This document shows, piece after piece, positions 1-10,600 of a stretch of 64,000 nt of DNA (the first letter of the stretch is position 1; each line of letters opens with the position of its first letter). Source of the stretch: an uncultured Fibrobacteraceae bacterium (GTDB lineage: Bacteria; Krumholzibacteriota; Krumholzibacteriia; LZORAL124-64-63); contig CAYFKR010000019.1 in NCBI GenBank assembly GCA_964343835.1, positions 3,952-67,951 on the forward strand, in the 5' to 3' direction. The translations under genes and the position numbers were made by a program. A model generated the notes under the pieces. It made no database searches. It was not told the origin of the DNA and saw only the letters and a list, made by a program, of their open reading frames with translations.

Positions 1-3000
1 AGCGCCTGGGCCAACCGCACGCTGCTGGCGGCCGAGGTCCTGTTCTGGACCGACCAGGGCGCCATCTCCCTGGACGGCGCCATCTTCGCCGAGCGCCTCT
101 ACGAGGAGCTTTTCGCGGTCCACACGTCCATGGACGTCACCCGGATGTACGAGACGTACGCCGAGACCGACACCCTGGGCAACCCGCTGTACCCCGGCTC
201 CGTCGACCTGAGCCGCCAGGCGGTCATCGACACCCTGAACACCGGGCGCTACGGCATCTTCGACCAGATCGGCCACGGGTTCTTCTTCAACATGTCCCTG
301 GCCGACGGCAACTTCACGGTCGAGGACGCCGACAACCTCTATAACGGCGGCGACCGGCCCTTCCTGATGTACGCCCTGAACTGCGCCTCGGCGGCCTTCG
401 ACAACAGCTGCCTCATGGAGCGCCTGGTCCAGAACCCCGACGGCGGCTCCTTCGCCTCCATCGGTGCGTCGCGCGCGGCCTTCCCGTACACGTCCAACGA
501 CTTCCAGTACGAGTTCTTCCGCCTGCTGACCGAGGACCACGTGGATCGCGTGGGCGACCTCATGGACCAGAGCCGCCTGCCCTGGCTGGCCCTGGCCTAC
601 TCCAATAGCTTCACGCGCTGGACCTTCTTCAACTACACGCTGCTCGGCGACCCCGCCCAGCGGATCTGGACCGACGCCCCGGCGGCCCTGGCCATGGGGC
701 ACGACGTCTCCATCGCCGGCGGCACCCAGTCCTTCGCGGTGAACGTGACCAGCGGCGGAGTGCCGGTGGAGGGGGCGGTCGTGACCGCCACGGCCGGCGA
801 CCTCTTCGTCACCGGCACGTCGGACGCCTTGGGCGACGTCAGCCTGCCCATGACGGTCAGCGATCCCGGCTCCGTCTCCCTGATCGCCTCGGGCCGCAAT
901 ATGGCCTGGACCCGTCACGTGGTGCCGGTGGACCTCGGCGCCAGCTACGTGGCCATGACCGGCCTCGCGGTGATCGACGACGGCACCATGGGTTCCAGCG
1001 GCAACGGCGACGGCAAGGCCGACGCCGGGGAGACCGTGGCCCTGCTGCCCTCCTTCACCGACAACGGCGGCGCCGGCGCCGGTCCGTCCACCGCGACCCT
1101 GACGGGCACGCTGACGGGCATGACCATCGTCACCCCGACGGCCTCGGTGCCCGCGGTTCCGGCCGGCGGCAGCGTCCAGGCCACCTCGGCCTTCCTGGTC
1201 GACTTCGATTCCACGATGGCCGACGGCAGCTTCGCTGCCCTCGGCGTGAGCGTCGGCGACGGCATGGACGTGTGGACCACCGACTGGGACCTGGAGGTCC
1301 TGGCCCCGGAGACCGAGCCCGTCGCCCTGGAGTGGCACGACACCATCTACGGCAACTCCGACGGCGTGCTGGACTCGGGGGAGCGGGTGACGGTCCTGGT
1401 CACCCTGAAGAACTACGGCGGCGGCGAGTCGGGCCAGATCACCGGTCGCCTGCGCACCGACAGCGGCAACGTGACGCTGAACGACACGGTCGTGGTCTTC
1501 AACGAGATCCCGTCCCTGTCCACGACCAACGGCACCGGCCTGTTCTCCCTGAGCGTGGACGACGTGGGCCTGCCCCACGACGCGTGGATCCTCTTCACCG
1601 ACGCCGACGGACGCACCTTCCGCCACGACTTCTCCATCGTCGTGCCCTCGGTGCCCGACGGACTGGCCACCGACACCACCGGCGGCCCCGACGTGATCGG
1701 CCTGAGCTGGACTCCCGTCGCCGACGAGACCCTGCGCGGCTACCACGTCTACCGCAGCCTCGACGAGGCGGGTCCCTTCGAGCGGGTCACCGCCGACATC
1801 ATCGAGGACATCTCCTACTTCCGCGACACGGGCCTGGACCTGTTGACGCGGTACTACTACAAGGTGTCCGCCGTGGACAGCTCCCTGACCGAGGGCGACG
1901 TCTCCGGCTTCATCGTGCAGAGCACCGCTCCGCCCGAGCTGACCAACTTCCCCCTGACCTTCGCCACCGAGACCAGCGGCCACCTGGCCGTGGGCGACGT
2001 GACCGGCGACGGCGCCCTGGAGATCGTGCTCGGCGCCGACGAGGTCTACGTGTGGCGCGTGGACGGCAACGAGGTCGTCGACGGCGACGGCGATTCCCAG
2101 ACCCTCGGCCCCATCACCGACGTGGGCGGCACCTTCGGCCCCGCCGGCCTCGCCCTGGCCGACCTCGACGGCATGCCCGGCGACGAGATCATCGTCGTCG
2201 AGCGTGACGCGCGGAACATCTACGTGCTCCGCTCGGACGGCACGGTGCTGCCCGGCTGGCCCCAGCACACCGACGACAACTGGGCCTGGGCCACGCCCGC
2301 GGTGGGCGACGTCGACGGCGACGGCGACCCCGAGATCGTGTTGAACAACCTGGCCGGCCAGACCTTCGTCTGGCACGTCGACGGCACCGAACTGGCCGAC
2401 GGCGACGCCGATCCCGCCACCAACGGCGTGCTGATCGACCGCGCCGAGGGACAGTGGGAGTGGGGCCTGTCCTCGCCCGCCCTGTTCGACATCGACGGCG
2501 ACGGCGGCTGCGAGATCATCTTCGGCACCAAGTACGGCTGGAACAACTCCAACAAGCTCCACGCCTTCAAGGACGACGGCACCGAGCCCGTCGGCTTCCC
2601 CATCGATGTGGGCCTGGGCGCCAACATCCTGAGCAGCCCCGCCGTGGCCGACGTCGACGGCGACGGCATCTGGGAGATCGCCTTCATCGACGAGCTGGAC
2701 GTGATGCACCTAGTCCAGCAGGACGGGACCTACTATCCCGGCTTCCCCATCTCCTTCACGGCCAACAACAGCGGCGCCAACTGCCCCAGCCCCGCCTTCG
2801 GCGACTTCGACGCCGACGGCGAGCTGGAGATCTGCGCCGTGGCCGTCCACTCGGCCACCGACGCCTACGTCCACGTCATCGACACGGACAAGTCGGGCGG
2901 TTCCGGATCGCTGCTCCCCGGCTGGCCCCAGCCCGTGGCCGGCGCCTCGGAGTCGAGCCCGGTGGTGGGCGACCTGACCGGCGACGGCATGCCCGACATC

Positions 3001-3609
3001 CTGTTCGGCGTGGGCGGCGTGGACGAGGAGACGCCCAACAACCTCTACGGTTTCGCCCACGACGGCTCGTCCATCGACGGTTTCCCCATCACCCTCGGCG
3101 GTCCGGTGCGGCCCTCGCCGGTGATCACGGACATCGACGACGATCTGGACATCGACATCGTCTACGGCGGCTGGGACCTGCTGATCCACGTATGGGACCT
3201 GCCCGCCCAGACCCAGGGGACGGCCATGCCCTGGCCGACCTTCGGCGGCAACAACACCCGTGACGGCGTCTACCGCATCGTCAGTACGACCGGCGTGGAG
3301 GACGGCGTGCCGACGCCCGACGCCCTGACCGTGTCGTCGGTGCATCCCAACCCGTTCAACCCCAGCACGACGGTCCGCCTGTACGTGCCGGGCGCCACGG
3401 GCTCCAACCCGCACCTGTCGGTGGACGTGTACGACGTGCTCGGCCGCCGCGTGCGCGGGCTCCACGCCGGCCCCATGACCGCCGGATGGGTGGACTTCAT
3501 GTGGGACGGCCGCGGCGACGACGGCCGCATCCAGCCCAGCGGCGTGTACCTGGTGCGCGCCCGCACGGCCCGTCACGCCGTCAGTGCCAAGATGATGCTG
3601 ATGAAGTGA
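1..3609 (+). CDS. Secreted multidomain cysteine peptidase: C25 (gingipain-like) catalytic region, Ig-like spacers, FN3, about eight FG-GAP/VCBS repeats (beta-propeller) and a C-terminal FlgD-Ig/T9SS-type beta-sandwich tail. The 5' end is cut by the window edge.
   Basis: Frame 1 is open from nt 1 with no stop before the ATG at 130, so the track entry 130..3609 starts at an internal Met. The His/Cys context IGHGFFF ... LMYALNCASAAF resembles the C25 dyad. There is an FN3-like LSWTPVADETLRGYHVYRS...YYYKVSAVD. Blades recur as GDVTGDGALEIVLG, GDVDGDGDPEIVLN, FDIDGDGGCEIIFG, ADVDGDGIWEIAFI, GDFDADGELEICAV, GDLTGDGMPDILFG and TDIDDDLDIDIVYG. The tail is VHPNPFNPSTTVRLYVP...VYDVLGRRV...SGVYLVRA. Confidence 0.75.
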   Translation, partial: SAWANRTLLAAEVLFWTDQGAISLDGAIFAERLYEELFAVHTSMDVTRMYETYAETDTLGNPLYPGSVDLSRQAVIDTLNTGRYGIFDQIGHGFFFNMSLADGNFTVEDADNLYNGGDRPFLMYALNCASAAFDNSCLMERLVQNPDGGSFASIGASRAAFPYTSNDFQYEFFRLLTEDHVDRVGDLMDQSRLPWLALAYSNSFTRWTFFNYTLLGDPAQRIWTDAPAALAMGHDVSIAGGTQSFAVNVTSGGVPVEGAVVTATAGDLFVTGTSDALGDVSLPMTVSDPGSVSLIASGRNMAWTRHVVPVDLGASYVAMTGLAVIDDGTMGSSGNGDGKADAGETVALLPSFTDNGGAGAGPSTATLTGTLTGMTIVTPTASVPAVPAGGSVQATSAFLVDFDSTMADGSFAALGVSVGDGMDVWTTDWDLEVLAPETEPVALEWHDTIYGNSDGVLDSGERVTVLVTLKNYGGGESGQITGRLRTDSGNVTLNDTVVVFNEIPSLSTTNGTGLFSLSVDDVGLPHDAWILFTDADGRTFRHDFSIVVPSVPDGLATDTTGGPDVIGLSWTPVADETLRGYHVYRSLDEAGPFERVTADIIEDISYFRDTGLDLLTRYYYKVSAVDSSLTEGDVSGFIVQSTAPPELTNFPLTFATETSGHLAVGDVTGDGALEIVLGADEVYVWRVDGNEVVDGDGDSQTLGPITDVGGTFGPAGLALADLDGMPGDEIIVVERDARNIYVLRSDGTVLPGWPQHTDDNWAWATPAVGDVDGDGDPEIVLNNLAGQTFVWHVDGTELADGDADPATNGVLIDRAEGQWEWGLSSPALFDIDGDGGCEIIFGTKYGWNNSNKLHAFKDDGTEPVGFPIDVGLGANILSSPAVADVDGDGIWEIAFIDELDVMHLVQQDGTYYPGFPISFTANNSGANCPSPAFGDFDADGELEICAVAVHSATDAYVHVIDTDKSGGSGSLLPGWPQPVAGASESSPVVGDLTGDGMPDILFGVGGVDEETPNNLYGFAHDGSSIDGFPITLGGPVRPSPVITDIDDDLDIDIVYGGWDLLIHVWDLPAQTQGTAMPWPTFGGNNTRDGVYRIVSTTGVEDGVPTPDALTVSSVHPNPFNPSTTVRLYVPGATGSNPHLSVDVYDVLGRRVRGLHAGPMTAGWVDFMWDGRGDDGRIQPSGVYLVRARTARHAVSAKMMLMK

Positions 3610-3652
3610 CCCGGGTTGACCGGCCCCCGTGGTCGGCATAGACTGGTGTCAG

Positions 3653-3691
3653 GGGCGCGGTCCTCCCAAGCGGAGAGACCGCGCCCGTTTT
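3653..3691 (+). terminator. Rho-independent terminator after the peptidase gene
   Basis: Perfect 10-bp GC stem GGGCGCGGTC (3653-3662) / GACCGCGCCC (3677-3686) with a 14-nt loop, followed by GTTTT. Confidence 0.6.
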
Positions 3692-3717
3692 ATCACCCGC
3701 TGCCCTCACGGAGGCCC

Positions 3718-5343
3718 ATGACCCGGTTCCGACCCATCGTCGCCCTGACGGCGCTCCTCGGCCTGTTGGCCGGGTGCGGCGGCGACGACGCGCCCGGCGG
3801 CGCGGCGGTCGGTGAGGCCCCCGTCGACGGCGGCGTCGCGGTCGTGGCCCTGGCGTCGGAGCCCCGGGTCCTCAATCCGCTGATCCACACGTCGGCCCAC
3901 GAGGGCCAGCTCATCGTCCTGATGAACGACGTGCTGATGGAGATGGAGGAGGACTACGTCTACCGCCCGCGGGTGGCCCGAAGCCTGACCTTCGCCCCCG
4001 ACAGCCTGTCGGTCTCGGTCCGCCTCCGGCCCTGGTCCTGGAGCGACGGCACGCCCCTGACCTCGGCCGACGTGGCGGCGACGTTCGGCGCCCTGGTGGA
4101 CCCCCGCGTGGGCAACCCGCGGGCCGGCGGCCGCATCTCCAACGTCTCGGCCGTGGAGGTCCTGGACGACTCCACCCTCGTCTACCGTTTCCACCGCCGC
4201 CGCGCCGACCAGACGGCCACCCTGGGGCACGCCCTGCTGCCCGCGACGATCCTGGAGGCCGGCGACCCGGCGGAGGTCCGCTCCTGGCCCATGAACCAGG
4301 CGCCCCCATCCAACGGCATGTTCGTGCTGGACGAATGGGAGCGGGGGAGCCACCTGCTGCTGCGGCGCAACGACGCCTATCCCGGCCGTCGCCCGCATCT
4401 GGGCGGGCTGCTGATCCGCCCCATCCCTGACGAGACGGCCCGCCTCGTGGAGCTCGAGACGGGCGGCGTGGACTTCGTGTCCGACGTGGCCCCGCACCAG
4501 GCGGCGCGCCTGGCCGCCCTGGACGGCGTGGAGGTGGCCACCACCTCGGGCCGTCTCGTGGGCATGGTCTACTGGAACCACGAACGGGAGATGTTCGCCG
4601 ACAGGCGCGTGCGGAAGGCCATGTCCCTGGCCGTGGACCGGTCCGTCTTCATCGACGGCCTGCTGTCCGGGTTCGGGTCGCCCGCCGCCGGCCCCCTGCC
4701 GCCGGTGCTGTGGGCCTTCGACCCATCGGTCGCCGCCGATTCGTTCAATCCCGCCGCCGCGCGACGGCTGCTGGACGAGGCGGGGTGGCGCGACCTCGAC
4801 GGCGACGGCGTCCGCGAGCGCATCGGCGAGCCCCTGGCGTTCACCATGGTCACGCGCAAGGGCGATCCGGTCCGCGAGAACGGCATCGTGGTGCTACGAC
4901 GCCAGCTGGCCGAGGTGGGGGTGGACGTCACGGTGCGGGTGATGGAGTTCTCCACGGTCATCGACCGCGTCAAGAACGGCGACTTCGACGCCTACCTCGG
5001 CGTGTTCTCGGCACGCCTCTCGGTGGATCCCTCGGGCCTGCTCGGCAGCGATGCCTTCGACCGCTGGAACTACGGCCACTACGCCAGCGCCGCCGCCGAC
5101 TCCCTCATGGACCTCGCCCTGTCCCTCGACGACCGCGACGCCGCTCGCCCCGTCTGGAGCGCCTTCCAGCGTCACTGCGCCGAGGACCAGCCCATGATGT
5201 TCCTCTACTACCCCGACGACATCGTGGCGCATTCGTCGCGCCTGAAGGGCGTGGCGCCCCACGTCCTGAGTCCCTTCCAGTCCATCCGCGACTGGTGGAT
5301 CCCCGCTGCGGACCGCAAATACGATCTTACCGACCCGTCATGA
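3718..5343 (+). CDS. ABC-transporter substrate-binding lipoprotein, family 5 (Dpp/Opp/Nik-type). Orphan: no permease or ATPase gene is adjacent.
   Basis: Track ORF is 3616..5343. ATG 3718 has GGAGG just upstream and yields MTRFRPIVALTALLGLLAGCGG, a signal peptide with lipobox LLAGC. Length and body (…YRPRVARS…, …LLLRRNDAYPG…, …VYWNHERE…FADRRVRKAMSLAVDR…) are typical of family-5 SBPs. Confidence 0.8.
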   Translation: MTRFRPIVALTALLGLLAGCGGDDAPGGAAVGEAPVDGGVAVVALASEPRVLNPLIHTSAHEGQLIVLMNDVLMEMEEDYVYRPRVARSLTFAPDSLSVSVRLRPWSWSDGTPLTSADVAATFGALVDPRVGNPRAGGRISNVSAVEVLDDSTLVYRFHRRRADQTATLGHALLPATILEAGDPAEVRSWPMNQAPPSNGMFVLDEWERGSHLLLRRNDAYPGRRPHLGGLLIRPIPDETARLVELETGGVDFVSDVAPHQAARLAALDGVEVATTSGRLVGMVYWNHEREMFADRRVRKAMSLAVDRSVFIDGLLSGFGSPAAGPLPPVLWAFDPSVAADSFNPAAARRLLDEAGWRDLDGDGVRERIGEPLAFTMVTRKGDPVRENGIVVLRRQLAEVGVDVTVRVMEFSTVIDRVKNGDFDAYLGVFSARLSVDPSGLLGSDAFDRWNYGHYASAAADSLMDLALSLDDRDAARPVWSAFQRHCAEDQPMMFLYYPDDIVAHSSRLKGVAPHVLSPFQSIRDWWIPAADRKYDLTDPS

Positions 5344-5347
5344 CATG

Positions 5348-5377
5348 TTGACAAGCCCGTCGGCCGCCCCCTAGGGT
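5348..5377 (+). promoter_or_regulatory. Candidate sigma70-type promoter for the HARE-HTH/H1-like gene
   Basis: TTGACA (5348-5353), 18-nt spacer, TAGGGT (5372-5377). An unusually AT-rich GGTAATATTACT patch follows at 5381-5392. Confidence 0.25.
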
Positions 5378-5418
5378 GACGGTAATATTACTGCATGTCC
5401 GTACCCCGGGGAGGAACC

Positions 5419-6282
5419 ATGAGCAAGAGGATCGTACAGCTGACCGAGGAGCTCACCCTCGATCAGCTCAGGACGCTGCTGAAGGTGAAGCAGGAAATGA
5501 CCGGCCTGGAAGAGAAGCGGGCCAGGCTCGTGGCCGACCTCGCCGACGTCGACGCCCGCCTCGACGCCCTGCGCAAGGGCCTGGGCGGCTCCAAGCCCGT
5601 GCGTCGTGCCCGCACGCCCGGTCGCAAGGCCAAGGCCCCGGCGCGCAAGGCCTCGAGCGGCCGGACCACCGTGGCCGGGGTCGTGGCCGAACTCATCCGC
5701 GCCACGGGCCGGGCCATGAGCTTCCAGGAGATCCTCAAGGCCGTCCGCGACGGAAAGCTCATCAGCACCAAGTCGAAGAACTTCGAGAACGTCCTGCGAC
5801 GCACGCTGTCCACGTCGTCCGAGATCATCCGCGTCGCCCGAGGCATCTACGGCGTCAAGGGCGTGACGAAGCAGGTCGCTTCCGCGCCGGCGAAGAAGAA
5901 GGTGGCGAAGAAGAAGACGGCCAAGAAGAAGACGGCGAAGAAGGCGACCAGGAAGAAGACGACCACCAGGAAGAAGGTCACGAAGAAGAAGGTCGCGAAG
6001 AAGAAGGCCACGAAGAAGAAAGTCGCGAAGAAGAAGACGGTCGCGAAGAAGGCCGCCGGCAGGAAGACCGCGGCAGGTCGCGGGCCCACCGTCGAGAGCG
6101 TCGTGATCGGACTGCTGAAAAAGGCCGGGAAGCCCGTCTCGTTCCAGGACCTCCTGAAGACCATCACCGAGGGCAAGCTGGTCAAGAGCCGCAGCGCGGA
6201 CTTCTCCAACGTCCTGCGCCGGACCCTGTCCACGAGCGAGAAGGTGGTCCGGGCCGGACGCGGCGTCTACAAGCTGGCCTGA
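5419..6282 (+). CDS. Putative nucleoid-associated / DNA-binding protein: N-terminal coiled coil, two HARE-HTH-like winged-helix modules, and a central histone-H1-like lysine-rich tract
   Basis: ATG 5419 is preceded by GGGGAGG. There is an internal duplication: GRAMSFQEILKAVRDGKLISTKSKNFENVLRRTLSTSSEIIRVARGIYGVKG versus GKPVSFQDLLKTITEGKLVKSRSADFSNVLRRTLSTSEKVVRAGRGVYKLA. The linker is AKKKVAKKKTAKKKTAKKATRKKTTTRKKVTKKKVAKKKATKKKVAKKKTVAKK. Confidence 0.8.
   Translation: MSKRIVQLTEELTLDQLRTLLKVKQEMTGLEEKRARLVADLADVDARLDALRKGLGGSKPVRRARTPGRKAKAPARKASSGRTTVAGVVAELIRATGRAMSFQEILKAVRDGKLISTKSKNFENVLRRTLSTSSEIIRVARGIYGVKGVTKQVASAPAKKKVAKKKTAKKKTAKKATRKKTTTRKKVTKKKVAKKKATKKKVAKKKTVAKKAAGRKTAAGRGPTVESVVIGLLKKAGKPVSFQDLLKTITEGKLVKSRSADFSNVLRRTLSTSEKVVRAGRGVYKLA
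5890..6066 (+). repeat. Coding low-complexity tract (GCG/ACG/GTC-AAG-AAG-AAG)n that encodes the (A/T/V)KKK repeats
   Basis: Purine-rich AAGAAGAAG units recur about 12 times in frame with the CDS, with a local GC dip. This is not a CRISPR array or a non-coding microsatellite. Confidence 0.8.
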
Positions 6283-6292
6283 TCCGGATCAG
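6279..6292. other. Perfect 14-nt palindrome CTGATCCGGATCAG that contains both convergent stop codons
   Basis: TGA (6280-6282, + gene) and TCA (6289-6291, the TGA of the minus-strand HIT gene) are mirror halves of the palindrome. Confidence 0.6.
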
Positions 6293-6633
6293 CCCGGAGG
6301 CCAGCCCAGGGCGCGACCGCCCAGCAGATGGAGATGGAGGTGGGGGACGGTCTGGCAGCCGTCCTCCCCGCAATTCACGACCCAACGGTAGCCGTGCTCG
6401 TCCAGTCCGAGCCGACGGGCCACCTTGGCGGCCGTCACCGCGAGCCTGCCCATCATGTCCGCGTCGTCGTCCCCGATCTCCGTCAGGGCCGTCACATGGT
6501 TGCGCGGAATCACCAGCACGTGCGTCGGGGCCTGGGGATTGATGTCGTTGAAGGCCATGAACTCGTCGTCCTCGTGGACGAGGTCGCAGGGAATGGCGCC
6601 GGCGGCGATGCGGCAGAACAGGCAGTCGTCCAT
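6289..6633 (-). CDS. HIT-family (histidine triad) nucleotide hydrolase/transferase
   Basis: CLFCRI, HVLVIPRNH and the histidine triad PHLHLHLLGG. This is the only convincing minus-strand gene in the window. Confidence 0.9.
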   Translation of the reverse strand: MDDCLFCRIAAGAIPCDLVHEDDEFMAFNDINPQAPTHVLVIPRNHVTALTEIGDDDADMMGRLAVTAAKVARRLGLDEHGYRWVVNCGEDGCQTVPHLHLHLLGGRALGWPPG

Positions 6634-6709
6634 CTGGAATCCTTCCGGGTCGGGTGTTGACGGGACGCGAGGCTACCATGGCGGGTCGCAGACAGGCAAG
6701 GAGGAGCCG

Positions 6710-7639
6710 GTGAAGGCGCTGGTGGTGGGCTACAACGCGTGGGACGTGCTGGTGCCGTGCGATGCGCTCCCGGAGCGCGACGCCAAGCGCGAGTATCCGT
6801 TCATCATGTCGGGCGGGGGCGGGCCGGGCGCCACGGCCGCCGTCGCCCTGGCGCGCTTCGGAGTCGAGACCGAGTACGTGGGTGTCCTGGCCGACGACCC
6901 CGCCGGCGCCTGGCAACGGCTCGAGCTCGCCGACGCCGGCGTCCGTACCGACCGCTGCGTCACTCCCGCATCGAGCACCTCGCCCCGGGCCGTGATCCTG
7001 ACCGACCCGGGGACCGGGGAGCGACGGATCTGCTGGAGCCGCGGCGACCTGCGCCGCCTCGACCCGAACGAGACTCCCGTTTCCCTGCTCGACGGCGTGG
7101 ACCTGCTCTACACCGACGGCCACGAACCCGCCGCCCTGGCCGTGCTGGCTCCCGAGGCCCGCCGCCGCGGCATCCCCCTGGTCTACGATGCGGGCTTGCC
7201 CCGCGAGGGCAGCCGGGACCTCGTGACACGGTGCACCGACGTGGTGGGTGCCGCCGGTTTCGCCCCGGCCCTGACCGGTCGCGACGACCTCGTCGCGGCC
7301 CTCGTCGCCCTCCGCGACCTGGGACCCCGGCACGTGGCCTCGACCTTCGGCCCGGCGGGCTGCCTGGCCCTCGGGGCCGACGGCCCCTTCCACGTGCCCG
7401 CCTTCGACGTGCCGGTGGTCGATACCACCGGCGCCGGCGACGTCTTTCACGCGGGGTACGCCTGGGGTCTCCTGCTGGGGGAGGACCTCCTGTCCCGCCT
7501 GCGCCGCGGCGCCGCCGCAGCGGCCCTGTCGTGCCGCGACTGGGGTGGGCGACGCGGGCTCCCGTCCGTCGCCGAAGTGGATCGTCTCCTGTCCTCGGGG
7601 CCCGTCAGGGACGACGTGCCGCCGGGCTGGACGGGCTGA
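6710..7639 (+). CDS. PfkB-family carbohydrate/ribokinase-like kinase
   Basis: GTG 6710 follows AAGGAGGAG. N-terminal GGGGPGATAAVALARFG and C-terminal DTTGAGDVFHAGYAWG (PfkB signature). The track's upstream extension (6425-6709) is antisense to the HIT gene and is rejected. Confidence 0.8.
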   Translation: MKALVVGYNAWDVLVPCDALPERDAKREYPFIMSGGGGPGATAAVALARFGVETEYVGVLADDPAGAWQRLELADAGVRTDRCVTPASSTSPRAVILTDPGTGERRICWSRGDLRRLDPNETPVSLLDGVDLLYTDGHEPAALAVLAPEARRRGIPLVYDAGLPREGSRDLVTRCTDVVGAAGFAPALTGRDDLVAALVALRDLGPRHVASTFGPAGCLALGADGPFHVPAFDVPVVDTTGAGDVFHAGYAWGLLLGEDLLSRLRRGAAAAALSCRDWGGRRGLPSVAEVDRLLSSGPVRDDVPPGWTG

Positions 7640-7662
7640 GCAGCCCCTTGCCGTCGTTGCGG

Positions 7663-7692
7663 TTGACGGCCCGCGGAGCCCGCAGTTACCAT
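7663..7692 (+). promoter_or_regulatory. Candidate sigma70-type promoter for hsp20-lon
   Basis: TTGACG (7663-7668), 18-nt spacer, TACCAT (7687-7692), in the 85-nt gap before hsp20. Confidence 0.3.
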
Positions 7693-7724
7693 GCCCCCGG
7701 ATGACCCGTCGCGAGAGGAGACCC

Positions 7725-8177
7725 ATGATCGGAACAGAGGAAGCCCGTGGCGGATCCGCCGGTTCCGGCGAGATCTTCGAGATCCTCGTGACGTCGTTCC
7801 GGAAGGGGTCGCCTTCCCTCCCCGTGGACGACGACCTGACCTGGAGGCCCGCCACCGACGTCTACGAGACCGACGACGCCTTCATCGTCCAGATGGACCT
7901 CTCGGGCATGGATCCCGGGGCCATCGAGGTGCAGAGCGACGGCGAAGTGCTCGTGGTCCGCGGCCGTCGCGGCGAGATCGCCCCGCCCGGCAAGAAGCAC
8001 TACTTCACCATGGAGATCAGCGTGGGGCCCTTCGCGAGGCGCATCCCCATCCCGATCCCCGTGCGCCCCGAGAGCGCGGAAGCCCGCTACCGGGACGGTT
8101 TCCTCTACGTGACGTTCGCCAAGGGCGAGGACGCCCCGGGCGGCGGACGCCGCCGCATCGACGTGGGCGCCGGCTGA
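7725..8177 (+). CDS. Hsp20/alpha-crystallin family small heat-shock protein
   Basis: ATG 7725 follows GAGAGGAG. Alpha-crystallin domain WRPATDVYETDDAFIVQMDLSGMDPGAIEVQSDGEVLVVRGRR ... ARYRDGFLYVTFAK. Confidence 0.85.
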   Translation: MIGTEEARGGSAGSGEIFEILVTSFRKGSPSLPVDDDLTWRPATDVYETDDAFIVQMDLSGMDPGAIEVQSDGEVLVVRGRRGEIAPPGKKHYFTMEISVGPFARRIPIPIPVRPESAEARYRDGFLYVTFAKGEDAPGGGRRRIDVGAG

Positions 8178-8211
8178 TCGCCGGCACGGACAACCAGGGA
8201 AGGGACACGAG

Positions 8212-10590
<2,379 letters not shown>

Positions 10591-10600
10591 GGGAGACGGC

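Noticed and set aside
3616-3717. Upstream start (3616) for the solute-binding protein as given in the ORF track
   Set aside because: That stretch contains the terminator hairpin of the upstream gene. ATG 3718 has an RBS and yields a canonical lipoprotein signal peptide.
5890-6066. AAGAAG-rich repetitive tract as a possible microsatellite, CRISPR-like array or non-coding repeat
   Set aside because: The repeat units are irregular, in frame and without spacers, and they encode the Lys-rich linker of a well-supported CDS.
5376-6542. 388-aa + strand alternative-frame ORF (Arg/Gly/Glu/Pro-rich)
   Set aside because: It overlaps the HARE-HTH/H1-like gene out of frame and then runs antisense through the HIT gene. 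The translation is a frame-shifted reading of the AAG repeats (EEEGQEEDGEE...).
6657-6679. TTGACG ... TACCAT pair upstream of the PfkB kinase gene
   Set aside because: The spacer is only 11 nt, which is incompatible with a sigma70-type promoter. It is probably coincidental, or only one hexamer is used.
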